Made by a program: the position numbers and the translations under genes. Below, piece by piece: positions 1 to 12,367 of a DNA stretch of 64,000 nt (position 1 is the first letter of the stretch; each line of letters opens with the position of its first letter). The DNA lies in NCBI RefSeq assembly GCF_009914755.1, contig NC_060933.1, one strand, 5' to 3'. The DNA is from the human T2T-CHM13v2.0 reference genome, Homo sapiens. The notes below the pieces were generated by a model, which had not been told where the DNA came from, did not search any database, and saw only the letters and a list, made by a program, of their open reading frames with translations.

Positions 1-87
1 TGGAAGCAGAACAAGTGCTTGGGCAAACCCACCACTAGCCACAGAGGTTTCTGGCCAGAAAATTGACACTCCAAAGATCCCATAACA
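1..87 (+). mobile_element. 3' end of an ERVL-class LTR (subfamily uncertain), truncated by window edge
   Basis: GCCACAGAGGTTTCTGGCCAGAAAATTGACACTCCAAAGATCCCATAACA resembles the terminal motif of ERVL LTRs of the LTR18/LTR32/MER54/MER74 group and ends in CA; recalled similarity only. Confidence 0.5.
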
Positions 88-1581
88 GTATGAGAAGACT
101 AACCTTTGCAAGCTGGCACTTCAGCAGACTTAAGCACCAGTCCCGACAGCAGCTACGTCCAGCCTAGTTATCTGGACTCCCTCATTTTCTGGGAGCCCCC
201 AGCATCCTTTCAATTGGTTCCTTTGTGTGTGTTTGCTGCAGGTGGTGTTCCTGCTTTTGACTCAGAGCTCTGCTGGATGTGAGATGCTGTCGGAGGAGCT
301 CCAAAGGTACCCTCAGCTGTGTGGACAGGGTCGTGGAGGGAGGACAACTCTAAAGACTCACAGCTTCAGAAAAGGCATCCACCGATGCATCCCACACATG
401 CTGTGTGCAGGCACATGACGTGGCCTGGAGACCTCAAGGGCCGGGACTCCCGGAGGAAATGCAGCCTGAATGTTTTTGATTCTGAAAAATCATTGACTGG
501 AGAATCCTTGAGGACATAGGCACTGTCTCTGTGTGGCCCAGCCACAGCTTTTTATGCATGGTGAATGACAAAATGTCTTCTCCAAATACAGGCTTTGAGG
601 TGGGGAGGGCCCTGGCTGAGGCTGCAGTTGCCATAGAAAACAAACTGTTTGGGGACCCAATTGCCCTTTCTGGAAGGAGCTGTCACTTTTGTTGGAGAAT
701 GAGCTGCCTCTGTTTGGTGGAGGAAGCTGTGCTGAGTGACACCAGGCCTGGGCAGACCTTGACCCTGAGTCCACTGGTTTCTAGTTGTATTTGGCCAATG
801 GGGAGTTCAGGCTGGAGACTGGAGGGAGGGAGGACAGCAGGGTCAGGAAGCATCACCCCTGAGCCCTCCCTGTGGGACACCATGAGTCTGTCCCTCAGGC
901 CAGGTCCCTGTCTAGGCAGACAGCTCTCTGTGTTCCTTCCCAGGTCCTGGGGGTGCCCCCTGCCTTGTGCCTTTGGTAGGGGTGGTGACAGCTCAGCCGC
1001 TGCTGGCCTGGGTCCCTGCACTCTCCCGCGCGTGTCGCTTTCTGCCTCCCAAGGGTCTGCAATGGTCCCTTTCCAGGCCTGCCCCTTGCAGGGATTTGAG
1101 TGAGCCACCTGCCTCCCGATGGGATGCTGACTGACATGGAATGGGCCCTGAACGAGCTTTGCAGTGAGCAGAGACCTCCTGCCTCCATTCAGGGAACAGA
1201 GCCAGGGGCATGGGCAAGGGATGGAGGGGAGGGCAGCTGGGTGAAGAACAAGAGTTGGAAGGGCAGAAATTCCAGGTTAGGGTGGGAAGAGAAGTTGGGT
1301 CAGGCAGCAGAGACATTTGGGTGGTAAATTAAGGAGTTTCGACTTCTTCCTGCCAGGGCTGGGAAGCCACTGTCCACATTCCTGGGGGAAGTCAAGTTCC
1401 ATCTTCAATAGTAAACGTGGCCTTTTGTCCCCAGATAGAAAGTGCCCCCGTATCCGTCATGCCCCAGAAATATATCCATGCGATTCCAGCACCAAGACTC
1501 TCCCTCAGAATCCTCCTTAAAATAGCACTCCATGCAGCCGCTGCAAATCCCTCCTGAGAAGCAACAGATAAACCCCCTCCT

Positions 1582-1883
1582 GGCCGGGTGTGGTTGCTCA
1601 CGCCTGTAATCTCAGCACTTTGGGAAGCCAGGGCAGGCAAATCATTTGAGGTCAGGAGTTCGCAACCAGCCTGGCCAACATGGTGAAACATTGTCTCTAT
1701 TAAAAATACAAAAGTTAGCCAGGCATGGTGGCGGGCGCCTGTAATCCCAGCTACTCAGGAGAATTGCTTGAACCCGGGGAGGCGGAGGTTGCAGTGAGCT
1801 GAGATCGCGCCACTGCACTCCAGCCTGGGCGACAAAGCGAGACTCTGTCTCAAAAAAACAAAAACAAAACAAAAACAAAAAAA
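1582..1883 (+). mobile_element. AluS (Sx/Sz-like) with 13-nt internal deletion
   Basis: GGCCGGGTGTGG start, two arms, TTGAGGTCAGGAGTTCG and GGCCAACATGG diagnostics, A/C-rich tail. Confidence 0.95.
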
Positions 1884-2734
1884 CAGCTCTGCAGTGGTCC
1901 CCGTGGTAGCCTGCGTTAGTGGGGCCAGGGCATGCTGAGGCTGCTGGGGTTCGACGTCTAATGCCTAGCATGCTTTCTGGCACAAAATAGGGGCTCGCTA
2001 GGATGGATCAGCGGGCCTGGAGAGTTGCCTGGTCCCAGAGGAAGGTGCTGGTGCAGGGCCCACTGCAGGCGGGGAGTAGGGCAGGCCTGCAGCTGCACAG
2101 ACAAGCACCCTCACCCGGCTCTGCTTCCCAGAAGAATGAGCAGCTATTTAGAGCTTTGGAAGCCCCCCGGGGCAAAGGGCTCTGAGTACTGCTGGGAGTC
2201 ACTGGCGGTCAGCGAACGTGCTGAGGCCATTTTGCTCCTGACAAATAGAGTCGGCAGCATTGACTGGTGAGCTGCCTGCCGGGGACGTTCAGATCTGGGC
2301 AGCATCTTGGGGTGGGAGGAAGCCTGAGGCCGCTGGGTACATTGCCACTCCGGAGAGCTAAATGTCTTCTGTGGCAAATAAAAAGGGCCTTTGGTTGACA
2401 TGTGGGATGAAGCCAGGAGGACAGGAAATTGGAGCCTTTGGCCTGATCATTTGGGCCCTGAAAAAAAACAAAGTCCCCCCACCCCCATTCCAAGTGTAGA
2501 ACTGAATGCAGGTCTGGGGGCTCCAGCGTCCTCCAACAGCCCTTTCCTCACCCCAAAACATGCACTCCCTCTCCAATACCACCCCTGATTGTCATGAGCA
2601 GCAGGCTCTGGCCTCCCGGCATTCCTGTTGCCACTCGCAGTGACTTCCCCGGATCCAGCACCTTTTCCAGGCCAGCAGCTGTGTGCCTGACTTACAGTCT
2701 TGTTCCCACTGACCCCAGAATCCTGCCGGGTGGG

Positions 2735-2800
2735 TATCACCCTGCCCCCATTCTACAGAATTGGAAACTGAGGCTCTAAGAGGTTAAACACTGACCTACT
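2735..2800 (-). mobile_element. MIR fragment, interrupted by the AluY
   Basis: CCCCATTCTACAGAATTGGAAACTGAGGCTCTAAGAGGTTAA matches the MIR core. Confidence 0.7.
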
Positions 2801-3546
<746 letters not shown>

Positions 3547-4414
3547 GTAGCAGCAAAGCCTGGGCTTGAACCCAGCTCCGTCTGAGTCTGAAGCTTCCTA
3601 CACACAGGTACCAAGCTCTCTGTGATGCAAGGGAGTGGCCAGAGAGGAGAGGGAGAGAACCCGGGAGCCACAGCAGCCTCGGCGCTTGGCTGAGAGCCCA
3701 GCACGAGCCCCAGGTGTTGGAGTTCCCCAGCCTGGGCCTTCCCCCTGTGGTTACTGAGGATGGCACCGAAGCCCGGCTGGACAGGACTCTCCACCTTGGT
3801 GGGTCCTGGTCGCCCAAGGCCAGAGACCTGCTGTCCACTCACACTCCCCTCCCACACACACGTCAGGCTCCCCTCAGGAAACTGGCCTCAGTTTCCCCAT
3901 CAGGAATGATGGTCTCAGACCTACTGATCTCCTGGGTGCTGGAGCCCCCGGCTCAGACCTTTTAATAGGGACAGGGTAGCCCCAAGCAGGGAATACGGCC
4001 CCCATGTCAACCTCCACAAGGACGTTACCGCCGGGTTTAGGAGGCCAAGTGCCTGATGTGCTTGCCCTCAGGCCTCTCCTACAATGTGGCCCAAGGAGTA
4101 AGGCCAAGGCAGCGTGGGGACTTCGGGCCACTGTCCACCTGTCCACACCCTGGTCATCCTCAGGCCCCCCTGTGGTTATTCTTCTTGTGAGCCACAGACC
4201 CTTTTCAGAAGCTACTGAAACTGGTGCCCTGACCCCGGGACCGCACTCTGCACACAGGCTCTGCCTGATTCCAGCTTCCCTTCCCTTGGGGCCCAGGAGC
4301 CCCACATCAGGGTCTGGGGAAGAAGCCATGGCTGCCCATGCTGGTAGGTAGCCAGCAAGACACAGTGGCTTAATAGGATCCTAGACTGTGTTGGGGGAGT
4401 GTGGGCTGGGAATG

Positions 4415-4623
4415 GGGTTGCCAGATATATGGCCTGACACCCTGTAGAGTCTGAAGTTCAAATAAACAACAAATCATTGTGTTGATGTAAGTTTGTCCCA
4501 AATATTGCACGGGACATAGTTGTACAAAAATATATATATTGTTTCTCTGAAATGCGAATATAACTGGGCATCCAGCACTGTTTGGCATTGTTTTGTTTCG
4601 TTCTTGCTAAATCTGGCAGCCCT
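4415..4623 (-). mobile_element. MER53 palindromic non-autonomous DNA transposon (MITE)
   Basis: Terminal inverted repeats GGGTTGCCAGAT (4415-4426) and ATCTGGCAGCCC (4611-4622); central TGTCCCAAATATTGCACGGGACA hairpin. Confidence 0.88.
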
Positions 4624-6550
4624 CGTGGGAAGGAGAGTGAGTGTGAGTGAGGAGGGGGAAGGGGGTGCATCTGGAGCCTGGTTTTCCAGTGACATTTCAC
4701 AACACAGAGAAAAAGCACTGAAACGTGGGACACATTGGAATCAACACATAGAAGACAAGGAGGAAAACGTGATAAGGTACAGATGGCCTTTCCAATGGCC
4801 TAAAAATCTCCCCAAACACACACGATTCGAAGGGCGGCGCGTGCCTTCCGGGGCTGCCTGGTCTTGGCAGGACCTCAGGCTTTTGCAAAAGCACTTAACT
4901 CTGCTCCTATCTGTTCTCATGGGAGGTAGCCAGGCCCTACACTTCCAGGCTTGTAAAGCATCATTCAGAGGTGCTGTCAGCTACCAACAGAAATTACTCC
5001 CTTCCCCGTGCAGCGTGGCAAATCAGCACGTGCGAGACTTGAAGCCCTTATAAACCTGCCAGCGTCTAAAACACAAATTCAAAAACATTACAGGCAAACC
5101 TAACACGTTGAAATTGAAATCCGATACCCAGCCGTCAGCAATCCCACCCCACCGCCAGACGTTAATTACCCCACAGCCATAATGAAATGCCGGGATGCCC
5201 GGATGAGCTCTGAAAATACTTTCTGCTTGGCACAAAAGAAGCTGTCGAGGAAGTTTTCGTGTTTTGATTTCTTTCCCGCTCCCTGACTATATTTTAGATG
5301 AACCCTTTGAAAACTCACAAATGCGATCTTGTTTTCTGGTGTGTCCTGGCTACTCCCCTCTCATCTCAGCAACCTTCTCCCAGCCTCCCTCCCTCCCTCT
5401 CTCCCTTCTTTCCTCCCCTCCTCCTTCTACCTCTGTCTTCCTTTTCTTTCATTGCCCGTATAAACCTAGTTTCTGGGGTACAGTGAAGATAGGCCTTGGA
5501 GGTCGGGGAAAGGTACCTGTAACTTGGGATGGTTATTCAGGGGAGATGTGAGTGGTGCCCAGTGACCTCAGCTGCGGCCAGGTCTGCTGCAAGGGCCGGG
5601 CTGCCCTGGGCAGATGGGCTGGAGACCTCACCAGGGATTAGATCTGCCTTACCAGTGGCTTCCAGTTACCTGATGACTCTTACCTGCTCTAGGTGGTTTA
5701 ACGGCAGACCTGCCCCAACCGCCCTGTCCCCTCCCCTAAATATAACCTGGCTCTCAGCTGGCACCCCCAGGCCCTTCCTCCTCCGGGATCATCCAGGGAA
5801 CTTAGACCCAGATGGCAACACCTACTTCCTGGGGACCTGAAGGAGGTGGAAGCTCACTCCACAGGGGCTCCGGCCCTGGAGCAGCTCCAAGGCTCTGCGG
5901 CTCAAGTGACTGAGTGGGAATGTGGGGTTATGGTGTCAGCCCCATTCCTGGGCCAAGAAAGGACAGTGTAGTCATGGACAGTAACTTGCTTCAAAGAGTT
6001 AAAAGGGGACCAAGTCCTCCCCGGCTCCTCCGGGGGGTGGTTACTACAGTGACCAAGGGGGCTGCAGTTCCATGCCAGGTGATGCTGCATGAGGCATCTG
6101 AAGGGGGAATCGCATATGCTATTTGACACACGTGTGACTTCCCAGTGTGATAATCATTCGTTATTAAAAACGGTGATTGGCAGTACTGCTCTTCACGTAG
6201 ATTGGCAAATCACGGAATAGACTGTAATGTATTATAGTGACTGGTCATGGTCTGGCCACACTGCAGGCGCCCTGCCCGGGACAGCTGGGAGTGAGGAGTC
6301 TGTGGACACTCGGTAGGTGGCACCGCCCTTGGCCATGGGCAAAGCTGGGCGTGAGCAGGATCTGCGGCTGCAGCCCAGCTAAGGGCTAATTTCCCAAAAT
6401 GTGTGTTTTGCCTCCATGCTTCGAATCCGAGGGAAGCAAAGATAGCTCCCCTGGGAGCTGCTTTTGTTTTAAGGGGAAATTTAATTTAAGACCACGTGAC
6501 CTGGTTTTGTCATTTGGCTGTGACCCAGAGAAACCGGCTGAGCGGTCGTG

Positions 6551-6701
6551 GTGTGGGCTGTGGAGTGGGGGCATTCTCAGGCCCTGGCTCTCGCCCTGGC
6601 TGCGCCTCTGGAGCTTCCTCTTCCAGGTGTGGGCTGTGGAGTGGAGGCATTCTCAGGCCCTGGCTCTCGCCTCGCTGCACCTCCAGAGCTTCCTCTTCCA
6701 G
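6551..6701. repeat. Two-copy tandem duplication, 76/75-bp unit
   Basis: GTGTGGGCTGTGGAGTGG..GAGCTTCCTCTTCCAG at 6551-6626 and 6627-6701 with a few differences. Confidence 0.95.
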
Positions 6702-6879
6702 GCAGGCAGTGCGTGGCTCTGATTCGCAGTCTGGCTGGAAAAGCTCCCCAGCCCAGGATGGTTCCATTGCTTGGATTCCTTCTCAGCTCTCACTCACAGC
6801 TGCAAGGACTGCCCCTTCTCAGCATGGCCATGAAAAACAATTCTGTGTGATTCTGCCCCCTGCCTGTTTTTCCCCAAAC

Positions 6880-6996
6880 CTGGGGACCCCCGCAGGCAGG
6901 AATCCTGCCCCTTTCATCCACCACTGTGTTCCTGGCTTCTACTGCCATGCCCACATATCCTGGCGGAGATTCGAAGTTGCTTTGTTGAATGAGTAA
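6880..6996 (+). mobile_element. L2 3'-end relic
   Basis: GGCAGGAATCCTGCC..TTCATCCACCACTGTGTTCC..TTTGTTGAATGAGT resembles the L2 terminus. Confidence 0.55.
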
Positions 6997-7050
6997 AGGG
7001 GGGAATTAACAAACTTCCCTGGCCCCTGTGTTTATGAAATAAGAAAATGT

Positions 7051-7401
<351 letters not shown>

Positions 7402-9404
7402 TCAGAGGAAGAAAATCAGAGAGAGAGGTCGAGTCTGTCAAAGATTCCTAATTATTCATCATTTCTGAGCCACTGGTTAGAGGCCAGCCTGGGACACCAA
7501 GGGCTCCCCTGAGTCCTTCCCAGGCCTAGGGTACATGGCCTTGTGCATTGTGGAGCAATCAAAGATGCCCAGGTCTCGGCTCAGCATCCCCCTCCAGTAA
7601 CCTGTCCTGTTTTTCACGCCCACCGAGAAGGCGCAGTGGTCCCATCCCATAATCAGGAAACCCAGGCTCAGAGACTGGGAGCCAGAAGAGCTGGAGGCCA
7701 CACAGCGGGGAAATGGCAGGGCAGACTGCTGGCCCCAGGACCCAGGCTGAGTCCCCACGCTGTTCCAGCTGCCCCTCACCCAGGCCTGGCGGCACCCCAG
7801 CGCCCCTCCTCTTCTCTGCCCGACATCCAGGCCCAAAACCATGGGAAAGGGGCTCCTTTCACTGCCACACCTAGAACTTAGAAAACAAAACCAGCCCGAA
7901 GCTCGGTAAGTCGGCATCCACGGAACATTCACCGCTTACCCAAAAGGTGGTGCCGCACCCCGAAAAGTGTGAAATTGGCCCTCGGGAATGAATGAATGAG
8001 TGAATGAATGAATGACTTTCCCCATCTGCCACCATGAGTGACTGGAGAGAGCCCAGGTCCCACAGACTGATGTCCACACTCTGCGCATGGCATATGGGAG
8101 CAGAAAAGCCATGAAACAGGGTGGATTCCCTGCAGATTTCAGCCTCTGCGGGGAAGGGGGCAGTACCGAGACACAGGCCCTCTGACCCACCCTCAGGAGC
8201 CACCATCCCAGCACCTGAGGGTCCTGAGATAGCCCCTGTCTGCCATTGGATGCCAGTTCCCCATGCTCTGACCAGGGCATCCTAAAGGCCACAGCCAGAA
8301 TCATTCCTGGGTCTGGAAGGTCCACCTGGGGGGCGGAGCTGGAGGTGAGGGCAGGTGGACAGCAGGGCTGCTGGGGGCGATCTTAGCTGCCTCCATGGGC
8401 CCTTCTTATGGGCTACTGATGGAATGGTGGGGAGCAAATCCGCAGCTGGCCCAGATCCAGCACCACTGGACCCAAACCTGTCACCTGCTGCGAGTGAGGA
8501 AGGAGGAGGATCTACTGCCTCTGTTTCCCCTGGTTGCTCAGTCCACAGGGTACAGACGCGAGGTGTCTGAGCTGGAAGGTGATGTCCGGAGCCCCAGTCC
8601 AACACCTCGTGGACCTGGGTCAACCTGGCTCAGCCTCTACGAGCTGTGAGGCCACCGGGAAGTCTCTGACCCTCTCTGGACCTGGCTTTGTATCTGAAAC
8701 GAAAAGCACAGCTCTCTCGCGGGCTGGCAGAGGAGGTGCCGTCCTGAGCTGGCACCTGGCTTCCATGCATTCTCCCGTGGAAGAAGAATGGCACCAGGCA
8801 GGGCAGAGACGTGGGAGCTGTAACTCGAGCAGGATGGCCCTGGGCCTTCCGGGAGCCCACCCTCGTGGTGGAAAGCACTCCAGGCACCCACACACCGGAG
8901 GGAGATCTGGGGCTTCCTGTGTGGGGTGCGGCCCACCCCCAAAAGGCAGTGCAGGAAGGCCCCTTGGAACTGAAATCTGCAAGAGGTGCTGAGCTGAGAG
9001 GACACAGCGGGCAATCCCCGGCGGGTGAGCTGGGGTGGGAATGGTGTCTGTGAAGCCCACAGTAGGAGGGCACCTGGACCACTGGGGGACCACAAGGGTG
9101 GGAGAATGGCCAGGGCCGTGGTGGGCAGTGATGGCACGGGCCTTGAGGCCAGCGAGGATCTGGCCTCTGTCAGGACAGCCAGGCCTGCTGAGGAGGGACG
9201 GATGTTAGGTGCCCAAAGATGGCGTGCCTGTGGCTGCAGCCATGTTACAGACCCTTGGTGTGTCTCCAAGTGGAGATTGTGACTCAGCCTCCAAGGGTGA
9301 CCATGGGGATTAATGAAATCCCTGTGGAAGGGGCCCAGTCACTACTGGCTTTGGCACAAGTCCAGTGGGGACAGTGGGTCTGGCTGTGGACAGTCAAAAC
9401 CCTG

Positions 9405-9545
9405 GAAACAGGTGTCCTAGGCTCGAATCCCAGCTCTTCCCCTTGTTGGCTGTTGCCCCTTGGGCCACGTCCCTGACCTCTCTGAGCCCGGAAATAACAA
9501 TAGCTCCTCCCGCCCGGGGTGGGTGTGAGAACTGAATCAGTAGGT
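9405..9545 (+). mobile_element. MIR relic
   Basis: CCTAGGCTCGAATCCCAGCTC..CTTGGGC..CCTCTCTGAGCC matches the MIR 5' region. Confidence 0.65.
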
Positions 9546-11283
9546 GGAAACGCACTGAGGAAGCCTCAATACATATTGCTATTCTTGTACCTGTTGTTTG
9601 AAACCCACCCGGCCTGTGTGACACAAGCATTCCTGCCCTGGGAGGCGAGGGAGGACTTTGGAGGAGGCACCTTGCTCCCTCCAGACACACTGATGGCTCC
9701 TGGGACCGGGTCTCACTCCATGTGTGGGGGGCCCTGGAGCCAGAACCCAGGGAGTCTGTGGGCGTCAGACTGTCCTTGCACTGCCCTGGGCTGTGCTCTC
9801 CCTCCCCCAGTTGGGACGCCGGAGCTTCGGCCCTGGGCCTTACAAGGCTGACCCTGGAACTAGGCTTGGAGGAGAAAGCCAGACCCTCCCCAGGAGAGCG
9901 CTGACCCTAATGTTTGGTGGGACACAGACAGCCCTGAGGCACCGGCAGCTCGCAGGGAGCAGATGCGGGGCCACCAGCCACCAGCAGGGGTGGCAGAGGG
10001 GCTGACTCGCCCAGTCCTTCCCATCCTGCCCCCTCTCCTGGGGGCACGAGGTGAGCATTCCCAGGGGAGATGCCCCAGACCACTCCAGGGCCAGGTGTGG
10101 TGGGGAATTCCAGCCCTCACTCCACAGCAGCCTGGGAGTCAGGCTGTCTCCTAGGTTACCGCCACAAGGTGCACCTGAGTAGCCCTGCCTCCCACAGGGC
10201 CAGGCCTCCTGCAGGGAGCGAGGTTCCAGCCACAGTACTGGGCCCCTGGGGGCCACTGGCCTGAGACAGGAAACAAGTTAGCGTCCGTGCTGCTAGGGAG
10301 GCGAGGCCTGGCCTAGCAGGGGCTTCCGGTGCTGAGGCTGCTCAGCCCAGCCACCCCATCCACCACAGCTCAGCTGAGAAGCTGCATCTCTGGCAGTTGC
10401 AGAGCAAAAGGCCCCAGAAATGCGGCAAGGACTCAGCCTCCCCTCCTCCCAGAAGGAAAGGCACAGCGGCCCTGAAACACAATCGTCCCCAGCACCTGGC
10501 TTCCTCATCTTAATGGATAGGAGGCATTTTTGTAGCAATAAAAATAGATTTAACAACCAGACAGTGAAATTACTTTTTTTTTAGGAAAAAAAAAAAAACA
10601 AGGTAGTAAATATTCATTGATGTTCCCTGTGAGATGGCTGGGGTCATGTTTTGGAAATAGATTACAACACATATGCGTCTGCGCTCACAGCACGCGGCCA
10701 TCCAGAGGCGCACATCCATCCATCCGCTTATTGGAAGCAGGGGCCTCCGTCTGAGCCGCACATGATCTCACCGCTCCCTGACACAGGGCCCTTCTTACTA
10801 AGCCACAGTGGGATGAGTACAAGCTCCTGGGTGGCAAAGCATGGCAGAAGGCGCTAGAGGAGGGAGGGTCTGGGTGGCTGCTGGGGTCTGGGGGCCACAA
10901 CCGCTGTGGGCTGGGGTCCCCGAGTCAGACTTCCCTCCATTTGGTGAGTGAAGGAAGCAGCCAACGGCAACAGGCCCCCACCCCAACCCAGGGACCTCCC
11001 GAAGGCAGGCCCTGGCTTGAGGCCCCCTTAGGCAAGGATTCCAGAGCCTAAATTGCAAGAAGAGAAAAAGCCGTCTCCAAGCCCTGCCTGCCGAGACCAC
11101 GATGTCTCATCCCTGGGGAAAATGCAGGCGCTGTGTCTGTGATTTGCATTTTCAATCATTCAGCAAATCTGCCTCAAGCCCCTCCGAGGTGTGAGCACTG
11201 TGAGAGATACCTGGGTAGGAAAGCAGGGGCCCTGGTCGCTGGGAACCCAGAGTCCAGCTGGGGCCCTCGGGCAGAGTGAGTGC

Positions 11284-11373
11284 GGCCAGAGGTGGACAGG
11301 ACACACAGAAGGGCGTGTGCAGGAGGGCCAGAGGTGGACAGGACGCAGAGAAGGGCGTATGCAGGAGGGCCAG
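11284..11373. repeat. 42-bp tandem duplication (about 2.1 copies)
   Basis: GGCCAGAGGTGGACAGGAC..GAAGGGCGT.TGCAGGAG at 11284 and 11326. Confidence 0.92.
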
Positions 11374-11995
11374 CGTGCGTGGGCTTTACCCTGAAACAAT
11401 GGGGAGCCACAGAAGGTGTTGGAGGAGCAGGGGAGTGAGAGGGAGGGGTGCTCATTTGCAAAGATTATTCCTGTAAGTCCGGGGGTAGGAGTGGGGGTGG
11501 GGGAGCAGCCTGGAGGGCGGTGCAGACCCGAGCAAGCAGGGAGGCACTAATGAAGGAGTCACCCCAGGGGGGCTTCAGGGGTGGGACCCTTCTCTGAAAG
11601 TCTCCTGAGGGAAGACACGAACTGGCCTTCTGGGCTCTTCCAGCGTGAGCTGGGCCCCAGGAGGAGGTTCTTTCCTCATTAGGGCTTGTAACTAAGCGAC
11701 GAAGCAGCAACCAGGCTACGGAGAAGATTCTGGGTGTGGAGGGGCCTAGCCACAGTCCCCGCCTTCAGGACAGCACACCCTGATGGCTCCACCCCGGGAG
11801 CAGGGCATACTGGTCCTGAGGGCACCCTCTGGTCCTGGGCTGTGTCTGCCTCCGTCTTGGGCACCCCAGGCCTCCCACCCGCCTATGGGCACCCTGGCTC
11901 CAGGCGTGGGGCTTTCTGATGCCCTGTGCCCACACTAGTAGGTCTCCACCCTGTCTCTTAGAACATTAAATATCCTACAAAGCCAGCGTGTGACT

Positions 11996-12367
11996 GCTAC
12001 CTGTGCAGATCATACTCCCCGACCCTTCCCAAGGGGGAGCACGGTGGCCAGGCCCCAGCTACCTGTCCAGATCATACTCCCCGACCCTTCCCAAGGGGGA
12101 GCACGGTGGCCAGGCCCCAGCTACCTGTCCAGATCCTACTCCCCGACCCTTCCCAAGGGGGAGCACGGTGGCCAGGCCCCAGCTACCTGTCCAGATCATA
12201 CTCCCGACCCTTCCCAAGGGGGAGCACGGTGGCCAGGCCCCAGCTACCTGTCCAGATCATACTCCCCGACCCTTCCCAAGGGGGAGGACGGTGGCCAGGC
12301 CCCAGCTACCTGTCCAGATCTTACTCCCCCACCCTTCTCAAAGGGGAGCACGGTGGCCAGGCCCCAG
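11996..12367. repeat. Minisatellite, 62-bp unit x6
   Basis: GCTACCTGTCCAGATCATACTCCCCGACCCTTCCCAAGGGGGAGCACGGTGGCCAGGCCCCA; units start at 11996, 12058, 12120, 12182, 12243, 12305. Confidence 0.98.

Noticed and set aside
1642-1983. ORFs with FFETESR..QAGVQW motifs (also at 2861, 7111, 25015, 26229)
   Set aside because: Antisense Alu translations
7901-7911. Consensus donor CG/GTAAGT
   Set aside because: No convincing upstream acceptor or exon; isolated donors are common
11996-12367. Regularly spaced repeats with a hairpin, superficially CRISPR-like
   Set aside because: Head-to-tail units without unique spacers, no cas genes, primate context; the same applies to the other VNTRs
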